Below, piece by piece: positions 41,362-53,542 of a stretch of 64,000 nucleotides of DNA. Positions within the stretch are counted from its first letter, which is position 1. Every line of letters starts with the position of its first letter. Made by a program: the position numbers and the translations under genes. Source of the DNA: Eledone cirrhosa (Eukaryota). The stretch covers positions 100,378,001 to 100,442,000 of the forward strand of contig OZ024744.1 in the NCBI GenBank assembly GCA_964016885.1, given 5' to 3'. The notes under the pieces were generated by a model, which did no database searches, was not told the origin of the DNA, and worked only from the letters and a program-made list of their open reading frames with translations.

Positions 41362-44300
41362 ATGATGTTCCCTGCTGTATTAGCGTTAAATTTTCCCTGC
41401 TGTATTAGCGATAAATTTTCGAGGGTTTCTCTTAGTAGCTTTTTCATGTCGTTAATATTATGATGTTCCCTGCTGTATTAGCGTTAAATTTTCCCTGCTG
41501 TATTAGCGATAAATTTTCGAGGGTTTCTCTTAGTAGCTTTTTCATGTCGTTAATATTATGATGTTCCCTGCTGTATTAGCGTTAAATTTTCCCTGCTGTA
41601 TTAGCGATAAATTTTCGAGGGTTTCTCTTAGTAGCTTTTTCATGTCGTTAATATTATGATGTTCCCTGCTGTATTAGCGTTAAATTTTCCCTGCTGTATT
41701 AGCGATAAATTTTCGAGGGTTTCTCTTAGTAGCTTTTTCATGTCGTTAATATTATGATGTTCCCTGCTGTATTAGCGTTAAATTTTCCCTGCTGTATTAG
41801 CGATAAATTTTCGAGGGTTTCTCTTAGTAGCTTTTTCATGTCGTTAATATTATGATGTTCCCTGCTGTATTAGCGTTAAATTTTCCCTGCTGTATTAGCG
41901 ATAAATTTTCGAGGGTTTCTCTTAGTAGCTTTTTCATGTCGTTAATATTATGATGTTCCCTGCTGTATTAGCGTTAAATTTTCCCTGCTGTATTAGCGAT
42001 AAATTTTCGAGGGTTTCTCTTAGTAGCTTTTTCATGTCGTTAATATTATGATGTTCCCTGCTGTATTAGCGTTAAATTTTCCCTGCTGTATTAGCGATAA
42101 ATTTTCGAGGGTTTCTCTTAGTAGCTTTTTCATGTCGTTAATATTATGATGTTCCCTGCTGTATTAGCGTTAAATTTTCCCTGCTGTATTAGCGATAAAT
42201 TTTCGAGGGTTTCTCTTAGTAGCTTTTTCATGTCGTTAATATTATGATGTTCCCTGCTGTATTAGCGTTAAATTTTCCCTGCTGTATTAGCGATAAATTT
42301 TCGAGGGTTTCTCTTAGTAGCTTTTTCATGTCGTTAATATTATGATGTTCCCTGCTGTATTAGCGTTAAATTTTCCCTGCTGTATTAGCGATAAATTTTC
42401 GAGGGTTTCTCTTAGTAGCTTTTTCATGTCGTTAATATTATGATGTTCCCTGCTGTATTAGCGTTAAATTTTCCCTGCTGTATTAGCGATAAATTTTCGA
42501 GGGTTTCTCTTAGTAGCTTTTTCATGTCGTTAATATTATGATGTTCCCTGCTGTATTAGCGTTAAATTTTCCCTGCTGTATTAGCGATAAATTTTCGAGG
42601 GTTTCTCTTAGTAGCTTTTTCATGTCGTTAATATTATGATGTTCCCTGCTGTATTAGCGTTAAATTTTCCCTGCTGTATTAGCGATAAATTTTCGAGGGT
42701 TTCTCTTAGTAGCTTTTTCATGTCGTTAATATTATGATGTTCCCTGCTGTATTAGCGTTAAATTTTCCCTGCTGTATTAGCGATAAATTTTCGAGGGTTT
42801 CTCTTAGTAGCTTTTTCATGTCGTTAATATTATGATGTTCCCTGCTGTATTAGCGTTAAATTTTCCCTGCTGTATTAGCGATAAATTTTCGAGGGTTTCT
42901 CTTAGTAGCTTTTTCATGTCGTTAATATTATGATGTTCCCTGCTGTATTAGCGTTAAATTTTCCCTGCTGTATTAGCGATAAATTTTCGAGGGTTTCTCT
43001 TAGTAGCTTTTTCATGTCGTTAATATTATGATGTTCCCTGCTGTATTAGCGTTAAATTTTCCCTGCTGTATTAGCGATAAATTTTCGAGGGTTTCTCTTA
43101 GTAGCTTTTTCATGTCGTTAATATTATGATGTTCCCTGCTGTATTAGCGTTAAATTTTCCCTGCTGTATTAGCGATAAATTTTCGAGGGTTTCTCTTAGT
43201 AGCTTTTTCATGTCGTTAATATTATGATGTTCCCTGCTGTATTAGCGTTAAATTTTCCCTGCTGTATTAGCGATAAATTTTCGAGGGTTTCTCTTAGTAG
43301 CTTTTTCATGTCGTTAATATTATGATGTTCCCTGCTGTATTAGCGTTAAATTTTCCCTGCTGTATTAGCGATAAATTTTCGAGGGTTTCTCTTAGTAGCT
43401 TTTTCATGTCGTTAATATTATGATGTTCCCTGCTGTATTAGCGTTAAATTTTCCCTGCTGTATTAGCGATAAATTTTCGAGGGTTTCTCTTAGTAGCTTT
43501 TTCATGTCGTTAATATTATGATGTTCCCTGCTGTATTAGCGTTAAATTTTCCCTGCTGTATTAGCGATAAATTTTCGAGGGTTTCTCTTAGTAGCTTTTT
43601 CATGTCGTTAATATTATGATGTTCCCTGCTGTATTAGCGTTAAATTTTCCCTGCTGTATTAGCGATAAATTTTCGAGGGTTTCTCTTAGTAGCTTTTTCA
43701 TGTCGTTAATATTATGATGTTCCCTGCTGTATTAGCGTTAAATTTTCCCTGCTGTATTAGCGATAAATTTTCGAGGGTTTCTCTTAGTAGCTTTTTCATG
43801 TCGTTAATATTATGATGTTCCCTGCTGTATTAGCGTTAAATTTTCCCTGCTGTATTAGCGATAAATTTTCGAGGGTTTCTCTTAGTAGCTTTTTCATGTC
43901 GTTAATATTATGATGTTCCCTGCTGTATTAGCGTTAAATTTTCCCTGCTGTATTAGCGATAAATTTTCGAGGGTTTCTCTTAGTAGCTTTTTCATGTCGT
44001 TAATATTATGATGTTCCCTGCTGTATTAGCGTTAAATTTTCCCTGCTGTATTAGCGATAAATTTTCGAGGGTTTCTCTTAGTAGCTTTTTCATGTCGTTA
44101 ATATTATGATGTTCCCTGCTGTATTAGCGTTAAATTTTCCCTGCTGTATTAGCGATAAATTTTCGAGGGTTTCTCTTAGTAGCTTTTTCATGTCGTTAAT
44201 ATTATGATGTTCCCTGCTGTATTAGCGTTAAATTTTCCCTGCTGTATTAGCGATAAATTTTCGAGGGTTTCTCTTAGTAGCTTTTTCATGTCGTTAATAT

Positions 44301-44880
44301 TATGATGTTCCCTGCTGTATTAGCGTTAAATTTTCCCTGCTGTATTAGCGATAAATTTTCGAGGGTTTCTCTTAGTAGCTTTTTCATGTCGTTAATATTA
44401 TGATGTTCCCTGCTGTATTAGCGTTAAATTTTCCCTGCTGTATTAGCGATAAATTTTCGAGGGTTTCTCTTAGTAGCTTTTTCATGTCGTTAATATTATG
44501 ATGTTCCCTGCTGTATTAGCGTTAAATTTTCCCTGCTGTATTAGCGATAAATTTTCGAGGGTTTCTCTTAGTAGCTTTTTCATGTCGTTAATATTATGAT
44601 GTTCCCTGCTGTATTAGCGTTAAATTTTCCCTGCTGTATTAGCGATAAATTTTCGAGGGTTTCTCTTAGTAGCTTTTTCATGTCGTTAATATTATGATGT
44701 TCCCTGCTGTATTAGCGTTAAATTTTCCCTGCTGTATTAGCGATAAATTTTCGAGGGTTTCTCTTAGTAGCTTTTTCATGTCGTTAATATTATGATGTTC
44801 CCTGCTGTATTAGCGTTAAATTTTCCCTGCTGTATTAGCGATAAATTTTCGAGGGTTTCTCTTAGTAGCTTTTTTCATGA
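41362..44880 (+). repeat. 36 copies of a 98-bp monomer at the 5' end of the RTE LINE
   Basis: ATGATGTTCCCTGCTG... starts at 41362, 41460 ... 44792 (35 x 98 bp); no variants noticed until the last copy. Confidence 0.95.
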
Positions 44881-45193
44881 CGTTATTATTGTTAATTTTA
44901 CTGATGTAGTATTAACTTGGATATTTACCATGCGACCCTCAGTTCCTACCTCACAATTTCCCTCCCCCCCACCCCCACACACCACCATAGTCTATTCGAC
45001 CAATCAAACCTAGCATGCCATTTCCACTGCTGCTGCTGCTACTACCTGCCTAACTAACTCTCTCCTCCTCTGGCGCATCCCAACACACCCTGCCATTACC
45101 CCACCACCACTGTCCTTCTAGCCCTCAATTTTCCCACCGTTATGGATGGATGAGCTGGGAATACACGAGCAACTCTGAATCAATAGATGAAAT

Positions 45194-48100
45194 ATGAATC
45201 TGCGAGCTACCAAGCACCCACGTGAAGCGCCAACCCAGAGACCCTCCCCTACGAGTGTCGACAAATGCCCAAAACTCCGAGTTGGTACCATCAATGTAGG
45301 CTCAATGAAAGGAAGAGCAGGAGAAATCGTAGAAATGCTAGAGCGAAAGGAAGTTGATGTATGCTGTGTGCAAGAGACTAGATGGAGAGGAGGGTCTGCT
45401 AGAGTCCTTGTAGGAAAAAGCCAGTGCTACAAATTTTTCTGGGTGGGAAATGACGATGGGATGGGTGGTGTAGGTATACTATTAGCTGACAAGTGGGTAG
45501 ATAAAGTAATCTCAGTGTACAGGGTAAATGCAAGAATCATTAAACTCAGACTAGTCCTGAATAAGACAATTACCACAATAATATCAGCTTACGCACCCCA
45601 ATCGGGGCTGCCAGACGAACTTAAGGATAGGTTTTACGAGTCCCTAATACACACTACTGCTCTAACAGACGACAAGGACTTCCTAATCATTGCAGGAGAT
45701 TTTAACGGACACGTAGGTAAACACTGCGACGGCTTCAATAGAGTACATGGAGGCCATGGAGTTGGCACAAGGAATGAGGAAGGATTCAGACTTCTAGAAT
45801 TCTGCGACGCCAATGACATGTCGATATGTAACACAAACTTTAAAAAACCCGACAACCACCTGATCACCTATAGATCAGGGGAGCACTCTAGTCAGTTAGA
45901 TTTTATTCTCATCAGAGGACGTGACAGATGGACGGTCGTAAACACAAAAGCCTTCCCTAGTGAGGAATGTACATCCCAACATAGCTTAGTTGTCAGCGAC
46001 CTCACGGTCAGAACTAGACGAGCCCTGAAACAGAGGCCAACCTGGAGAAGAAAGATCTGGAAGCTGAAAGTCCCCTCAACCAGTAACAGATTTAAAGATA
46101 TTTTACTCAACGCCTACGACAGTAAAGAAGAACAGATAGAGACATTTAACGTAGAAGAGAACTGGGAGTTCCTAAAAAATAACTTACTAGAGGCGACGGA
46201 TGAGGTTTGTGGCTGGAGTAAGACCTCAAGCAGGAGGAGAGTGACTTGGTGGTGGAACAATAAGGTAGATGAAGCAGTCAAGGCCAAGAGACAGGCATGG
46301 AAAGAATGGAAGAACGGGGGGAGCAGGGTACATTACATAGAGACCAAGAGGGAAGCTAGGCGACAAGTATACTTAGCTAGGAGGGAAGCAGAGGATAGAA
46401 AATTCAAGCATGTTTTACAACGTGAGGACCAGAAACAGGAGGTATTCAAGATTGCGAGGCAGTGTGTCAGAGATAGTTGTGATGTCATTGGAGAGAAGTG
46501 TATCCGGAATGATAAAGGTGAGCTTGCCCTCACAAGTGCTGAGAAGAAAGATGCATGGAAGAGTCATTATGATAGATTACTAAATGAGGAGAATGCATGG
46601 GAAGAAGAGACCCTACCCCACGTAGACCCTATAGAGGGACCAGCAGTACAAGTCAGCGGCAGCGTAGTAAGTAAGGCAATCAGAGATATGAAGATAGGGA
46701 AGGCAACCGGTCCATCGGGTATAGCTGCCGAGATGCTGAAGGCATCTGGGTCTGTAGGTCACACTATAACCACACGTATCGTTAACCAGGTAATACTAGA
46801 GGGGGCCATACCAAAAGATTGGTGCAGTAGCATCATTGTCAACTGCTACAAAGGTAAAGGCGATGCACTAGATAGAGGAAACTATAGAGGTATAAAGTTG
46901 ATGGACCAGGTCATGAAAGTAACAGAAAGAGTTATAGCACAGCTGATTAGGGACCGGGTGAATATAGACGAGATGCAATTTGGGTTTGTTCCAGGGAAAG
47001 GCACCACTGATGCGCTCTTCCTTGTGAGGCAATTACAGGAAAAGTACCTAGCTAAAAGTAAGCCACTCTACTTGGCATTTGTCGACCTTGAGAAAGCCTT
47101 TGACAGAGTTCCACGTGCAGTAATCTGGTGGGCTCTTAGAAAACTAGGAGTAGATGAATGGCTTGTGAAAGCGGTACAAGCCATGTATAGGGGAGCAGTC
47201 AGCAAAGTTAGGATTGGCAATGAGTATAGCGAGGAATTTAGCGTACAGGTTGGGGTCCACCAGGGCTCTGTTCTTAGCCCTCTCCTGTTCATCATAGTCC
47301 TGCAGGCAATAACGGAGGAGTTTAAGACCGGATGCCCATGGGAACTCCTGTATGCTGATGACCTCGCACTCATAGCTGAATCTATGGTAGAACTAGAGAA
47401 TAAATTCCAAACCTGGAAGCAGGGACTAGAGAGAAAGGGCCTCAAAGTCAACATGACAAAGACTAAGGTCCTTATAAGTAGACGAGAAAACAGAACCCAG
47501 ATCCCCTCAGGGAAATGGCCTTGCTCAGTATGTAGGAAAGGTGTAGGTAGGAACTCCATTCTTTGCCCCAAATGCAAACAATGGGTACACAAGAGATGTA
47601 GCGGGATCTCAGGAAGCTTAATTAAGAATGTAGGATTCACATGCAGCAGCTGTGCTGAAACAGCAAGCAAACAGCCACAGGAAACAAGTACCACCAATCT
47701 CTGGGAGGGCCCTGTAGAAACAGTAGACAGCTTCTGCTACCTAGGTGACCGAATTAGCAACGGAGGTGGGTGCTCAGAAAGTACAATAACTAGGGTAAGA
47801 ACGGGATGGAAGAAGTTTAGGGAACTACTACCACTGCTAGCTGCAAAAGGCTTCTCCCTCAGAATGAAAGGCAGACTGTATGATGCGTGTATCCGAACAG
47901 CGATGTTGCATGGTAGTGAGACCTGGGCGCTGAAGGTGGAAGACTTACGTAGATTAGAGAGAAACGAAGCCTGCATGCTCCGATGGATGTGTAACAGTAA
48001 TATACGTGAACGACAAAGCATAAATGAATTGAGAGAGAGACTGAGCATAAGAGGAATCAAATGCTGCGTGCAGGAGAGGCGGTTACGCTGGTATGGACAT

Positions 48101-48313
48101 GTGATGCGTATGAAGGATGACAGCTGCATAAAAAGGTGCAGAGCACTAGAAGTTGATGGAAACCGCGGAGTGGGGAGACCCAAGATGACTTGGGATGAGG
48201 TGATAAGAGCCGACCTTACCCAACTACACCTCTCAAAGTCAATGACACACGACCGTGACTTCTGGCGTCACGCAGTAATACAGGGTACCCGACCTCCCAT
48301 GGGTACATGCTGA
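45194..48313 (+). CDS. RTE LINE polyprotein: APE endonuclease + reverse transcriptase + PHD-type Cys/His finger (1039 aa, uninterrupted)
   Basis: APE motifs GTINV, VQETRW, YAPQ, GDFNGH, LDFIL, SQH; RT motifs YKGKGD..NYRGI, QFGF, FVDLEKAFDRV, GVHQGSVLSP, YADD; RTE C-terminus RRLRWYGHV..GRPKMTW. Confidence 0.96.
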   Translation: MNLRATKHPREAPTQRPSPTSVDKCPKLRVGTINVGSMKGRAGEIVEMLERKEVDVCCVQETRWRGGSARVLVGKSQCYKFFWVGNDDGMGGVGILLADKWVDKVISVYRVNARIIKLRLVLNKTITTIISAYAPQSGLPDELKDRFYESLIHTTALTDDKDFLIIAGDFNGHVGKHCDGFNRVHGGHGVGTRNEEGFRLLEFCDANDMSICNTNFKKPDNHLITYRSGEHSSQLDFILIRGRDRWTVVNTKAFPSEECTSQHSLVVSDLTVRTRRALKQRPTWRRKIWKLKVPSTSNRFKDILLNAYDSKEEQIETFNVEENWEFLKNNLLEATDEVCGWSKTSSRRRVTWWWNNKVDEAVKAKRQAWKEWKNGGSRVHYIETKREARRQVYLARREAEDRKFKHVLQREDQKQEVFKIARQCVRDSCDVIGEKCIRNDKGELALTSAEKKDAWKSHYDRLLNEENAWEEETLPHVDPIEGPAVQVSGSVVSKAIRDMKIGKATGPSGIAAEMLKASGSVGHTITTRIVNQVILEGAIPKDWCSSIIVNCYKGKGDALDRGNYRGIKLMDQVMKVTERVIAQLIRDRVNIDEMQFGFVPGKGTTDALFLVRQLQEKYLAKSKPLYLAFVDLEKAFDRVPRAVIWWALRKLGVDEWLVKAVQAMYRGAVSKVRIGNEYSEEFSVQVGVHQGSVLSPLLFIIVLQAITEEFKTGCPWELLYADDLALIAESMVELENKFQTWKQGLERKGLKVNMTKTKVLISRRENRTQIPSGKWPCSVCRKGVGRNSILCPKCKQWVHKRCSGISGSLIKNVGFTCSSCAETASKQPQETSTTNLWEGPVETVDSFCYLGDRISNGGGCSESTITRVRTGWKKFRELLPLLAAKGFSLRMKGRLYDACIRTAMLHGSETWALKVEDLRRLERNEACMLRWMCNSNIRERQSINELRERLSIRGIKCCVQERRLRWYGHVMRMKDDSCIKRCRALEVDGNRGVGRPKMTWDEVIRADLTQLHLSKSMTHDRDFWRHAVIQGTRPPMGTC

Positions 48314-48613
48314 AGCATATAAACAATATGCCCCCCCCCCCACCGCAAGGTGGTCGTGGAGGTGCCACGGCAAAAAAGCACCCAGCCCACACTGTAAAGT
48401 GGACGTGTAGGCGCCACGAAAAAGCACCCAGCACTCACTGTAAATGAGGTTGGTGTTAGGAAGGGCATCCAGCTGTAGAAATCAAGCCAGATCAGTTCCT
48501 GTATGAGCAAGGCATGGTCAGCCGACCAGACACTGCCCACAACAGGACAACCCGTCTAACCCATGCTAGCGTGGAAGAACGGACGTAAAACGGTGATGAT
48601 GATGATGATGATG

Positions 48614-50372
48614 ACTAACAACAACACTACCATCACCACCATCTCTATCACCACTACTACTAATAACATTACCACTAACACCAACACTACCACCACCATC
48701 TCCATCACCACTACTACTACTAACATTACCACTAACACCAACACTACCACCACCACCATCTCTATCACCACTACTACTAATAACATTACCACTAACACCA
48801 ACACTACCACCACCACCATCTCTATCACCACTATTACTAATAACATTACCACTAACACCAACACTACCACCACCACCATCTCTATCACCACTACTACTAC
48901 TAACATTACCACTAACACCAACACTACCACCACCACCATCTCTATCACCACTACTACTACTAACATTACCACTAACACCAACACTACCACCACCACCATC
49001 TCTATCACCACTACTACTAATAACATTACCACTAACACCAACACTACCACCACCACCATCTCTATCACCACTACTACTACTAACATTACCACTAACACCA
49101 ACACTACCACCACCACCATCTCTATCACCACTACTACTAATAACATTACCACTAACACCAACACTACCACCACCACCATCTCTATCACCACTACTACTAC
49201 TAACATTACCACTAACACCAACACTACCACCACCACCATCTCTATCACCACTACTACTAATAACATTACCACTAACACCAACACTACCACCACCACCATC
49301 TCTATCACCAATACTACTAATAACATTACCACTAACACCAACACTACCACCACCACCATCTCTATCACCACTACTACTAATAACATTACCACTAACACCA
49401 ACACTACCACCACCACCATCTCTATCACCACTACTACTACTAACATTACCACTAACACCAACACTACCACCACCACCATCTCTATCACCACTACTACTAA
49501 TAACATTACCACTAACACCAACACTACCACCACCATTATCTCTATCACCACTACTACTAATAACATTACCACTAACACCAACACTACCACCACCATTATC
49601 TCTATCACCAATACTACTAATAACATTACCACTAACACCAACACTACCACCATCTCTATCACCACTACTACTAATAACATTACCACTAACACCAACACTA
49701 CCACCACCATCATCTCTATCACCACTACTACTACTAACATTACCACTAACACCAACACTACCACCACCATTATCTCTATCACCAATACTACTAATAACAT
49801 TACCACTAACACCAACACTACCACCACCATCATCTCTATCACCACTACTACTATTAACATTACCACTAACACCAACACTACCACCACCACCATCTCTATC
49901 ACCACTACTACTAATAACATTACCACTAACACCAACACTACCACCACCACCATCTCTATCACCACTACTACTAATAACATTACCACTAACACCAACACTA
50001 CCACCACCATCATCTCTATTACCACTACTACTAATAACATTACCACTAACACCAACACTACCACCACCATCATCTCTATCACCACTACTACTAATAACAT
50101 TACCACTAACACCAACACTACCACCACCATCATCTCTACCACCACTACTACTAATAACATTACCACTAACACCAACACTACCACCACCATCATCTCTATT
50201 ACCACTACTACTAATAACATTACCACTAACACCAACACTACCACCACCATCATCTCTACCACCACTACTACTAATAACATTACCACTAACACCAACACTA
50301 CCACCACCATCATCTCTATCACCACTACTACTAATAACATTACCACTAACACCAACACTACCATCACCACCA
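48614..50372. repeat. 60-bp minisatellite, right part
   Basis: Same unit as 34008-41361. Confidence 0.97.
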
Positions 50373-50394
50373 CAGCCGTCACCCCCAAACACTA

Positions 50395-50395
<1 letters not shown>

Positions 50396-50427
<32 letters not shown>

Positions 50428-50690
50428 TTTACGTCCGCTTTACCCTGCTTGCAAGGGTGGGACGGGAACTGATTCTGGCTTGATTTCTACAGCTGGATGC
50501 CCTTCCTAACACCAACCTCATTTACAGTGAGTGCTGGGTGCTTTTTGCCGTGGCACCTCCACGACCACTTTGCAGTGGAATAATATAGACCCCAGTCCCT
50601 ATCATCTCATTTCTTGCTCAAGGAAACAACACATCACCCGGTCTGAGAATTGAACTCCCAACCTTTCGATTGCAAGGGCAAAGGGCAATG
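50396..50690 (-). mobile_element. SINE family A copy with internal deletion
   Basis: Matches other copies; CORE segment partly missing. Confidence 0.8.
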
Positions 50691-50691
50691 C

Positions 50692-50722
<31 letters not shown>

Positions 50723-50817
50723 GAATGAATAATAACAGGTAGACATCATAAAAAGGTAATTTATTCCGTGTGCTTACAAGTGTTTCCACGGTGGTACTGC
50801 AGCTACATTTACCATTC

Positions 50818-50929
50818 TGCTCTGAGGAAACAGTGGTCACAGCATTGGATATTCTAGTTCTGCAAATACTTGTGAAGTTGCACGTAGCGGAACTAGGCTG
50901 CAGTACCACCGTGGAAACACTTGTAAGCA
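50818..50929 (+). ncRNA. Hammerhead ribozyme-like fold in hairpin element 50715-51125
   Basis: TGCT-CTGAGGA-AACAGTGGT...ACCACCGTG-GAAA-CACTTG-TA-AGCA; stem II has mismatches. Confidence 0.65.
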
Positions 50930-51135
50930 CACGGAATAAATTACCTTTTTATGATGTCTACCTGTTATTATTCATTCTTTATATACACTCCGGAATACTG
51001 AAGGATCAGGAACTAAGTTTCTTGAACAGTTCTTCCTTAACTCGTAGAGTAACCTCTCACCGTACGTCAACTATATTCAGTGTAGTAATTAACCATCACT
51101 ACATCTTGGATAATCCTATACCTAATATATATATA

Positions 51136-52869
51136 TAGATGAAATGCAGTTCGGGTTTGTGTCAAGAAAAAGTACCACAGACGCTCTTTTCATTGTACGA
51201 CAACTACAGGAGAAGTACCTAGCTAAAAGTAAACCCCTATACTTAGCTTTCGTCGACTTGGAGAAGGCCTTCGACAGAGTCCCCCGTTCCATTATCTGGT
51301 GGGCTCTTTGAAAACTAGGTGTTGATGAATGGCTTGTGAGAGCTATACAAGCCATGTATAAAGAAACAGTTAGCAAGGTTAGAATTAACAACGAATATAG
51401 TGAAGAGTTTAGTGTAAAAGTTGGTGTTCATCAGGGCTCTGTTCTTAGCCCCCTACTATTTATTATTGCCCTCCAGGCTATAACAGTGGAGTTCAAGACA
51501 GGCTGCCCATGGGAACTCCTATACGCAGATGATCTAACGCTCATAGCTGAATCAATGGCCGAGCTAGAGAAGAAATTCCAAACATGGAAGCACGGCCTAG
51601 AATCAAAAGGCCTTAAAATTAACCTAGCTAAGACTAAAGTTCTAGTTTGTAAGAAAGAAAATAAGGCGGCGGTCCCCTCCGGGAAGTGGCCATGCGCAGA
51701 GTGTAGGAAAGGCGTAGGTAGAAATTCCATTTTGTGTCCCAAATGCAAAGTTTGGGTTCATAAAAGATGTAGTGGGATCACAGGTAAGCTAACTAAGAAC
51801 ATAGATTTTACATGTGGCCGGTGTTCTGGGGATATAAGTAGCAGCAAGTGCCCACAAAATACTAGCTCTTTCAACTGCGCAGAGGGTTCTATAGAAATAG
51901 TGGACAGCTTCCGTTACCTGGATGACAAAATCAGCAGTGGGGGAGGGTGCTCTGAAAGTACAGTAGCTAGAGTCAGAACTGGGTGGAAAAAGTTCAGAGA
52001 GCTTATACCACTATTAGCCGCTAAAGGGTTCTCCCTAAAAATGAAAGGCAGGCTGTACGATGCCTGCATACGAACAGCAATGTTGCATGGCAGTGAGACC
52101 TGGGCATTGTGTGCAGAGGATATACGCAGACTAGAGAGAAACGAAGCTTGCATGCTCCGCTGGATGTGTAACAGTAATATACGTGAACGGCAAAGCATAA
52201 ACAAACTAAGGAAAAAATTAGAAATAAGAGGGATCAGATGTTGTTTACTAGAGAGAAGGCTACGTTGGTATGGTCACGTGATGCGCATGAAGGATGATAG
52301 CTGTATAACAAAGTGCAGGGCAATAAAGATAGACGGTAGCCACGGAATAGGCAGACCCAGAAAAACCTGGGACGAGCTGATAAACTCCGACCTCACACAC
52401 TTACACCTCACCAAGACAATGTCACTGGACCGAGACCTTTGGCGGTACTCAGTAATAGAGAAGACCCGCCTTGCCAGTAGGCATCTCTAACAAAATACAC
52501 CCCGTCCCACCACCACCACACCCACCCCATCCACACCACCCCCACCCCATCCACACCACCCCGTTCTATGTAAAGTTATGTTGGTGCCGCGCCATCCAGG
52601 CCGAAACAAATGAGATCGTGTAGGTGTCACGACAAAAAAACACACAGTCCACGCTGTAATGTGGCCGTGAAGGCAACACGGTAAAAACCTCCCAGACCCA
52701 CACTGTAAATGTGGTTGGTGTTAGGAAGGGCATCCAACTGTAGAAAACCTGCCAGACAGTCCTATGCGAGCAAGAAAATCACTCTTGCCTCAAGTGGGAC
52801 TACCCCCGTCCAAACCCATGCAAGCGTGGAACACGGACGTTAAACGTTGATGATGATGATGATGATGAT
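51136..52869 (+). mobile_element. 5'-truncated RTE LINE with in-frame stop, different 3' UTR
   Basis: Begins IDEMQFGF; ORF 51336-52490 with YADD and the PHD-type motif; TGA at ~51309 where the intact copy has AGA; (GAT)n tail. Confidence 0.93.
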
Positions 52870-53175
52870 ATATATTAATAAGAGGAATTCCAACTTTGTC
52901 TGATTTACTCGTTTTATTTATAATCCTTTAAAATTTATAATGGTATTATAATGAAATAGCATGATAGAATATTAAATGTAAAGTGTTAATTGAACAAGTA
53001 CGTTCATGCTTTCGCAATCTTCAGGTTCATAATGTGTGGTGACAGTCGAGTTTGCAATTTTCAAAGTTGAAAATTGCAAACTTGCTATTTCATTTTAATA
53101 CCAATATAAATGTTAAAGGATTGTAAATAAAGCGAGTAAATCAGACAAAGTTGGAATTCCTCTTATTAATATAAT
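52870..53175. repeat. Foldback element with a minimal hammerhead-like motif on the minus strand (52991-53029)
   Basis: Arms TATTAATAAGAGGAATTCCAAC... / ...GTTGGAATTCCTCTTATTAATA; minus strand TGAAC-CTGAAGA-TTGC-GAAA-GCATG AA CGTAC-TT-GTTCA. Confidence 0.65.
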
Positions 53176-53281
53176 CTTCTATACACAATCATACACACCC
53201 GTGTATATTTATCTATCTATCTATCTATATATGTATATATATAATATATATATATACATATATATATATATATGTATATAC

Positions 53282-53377
<96 letters not shown>

Positions 53378-53542
53378 GAGTTAAACAAGATTCAATGAGT
53401 ATATAAAAAAGAATGAGTTTTACAGTAGATTGGAAGCACTCTGCGAGTAAAATAATTTTCCAGAAATATGTATAATAAAATGTAATTGATCAAAAGAACA
53501 TCTATTTTATTAATATTTGTATTTTAATATATATATATTAAA

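Larger units (their letters stand above)
41362..48613 (+). mobile_element. Apparently full-length RTE-clade LINE inserted into the minisatellite, antisense to AASDH
   Basis: Minisatellite phase continues across the insert (...CATTACCAC | CTAACAACAACAC...); intact ORF, 3' UTR and (GAT)n tail. Confidence 0.88.

Noticed and set aside
33908-41408. 2485-aa Thr/Asn-rich mucin-like ORF and overlapping 2486/2457-aa ORFs
   Set aside because: Triplet minisatellite open in several frames on both strands, no signal peptide or domain, interrupted by a LINE, inside an AASDH intron
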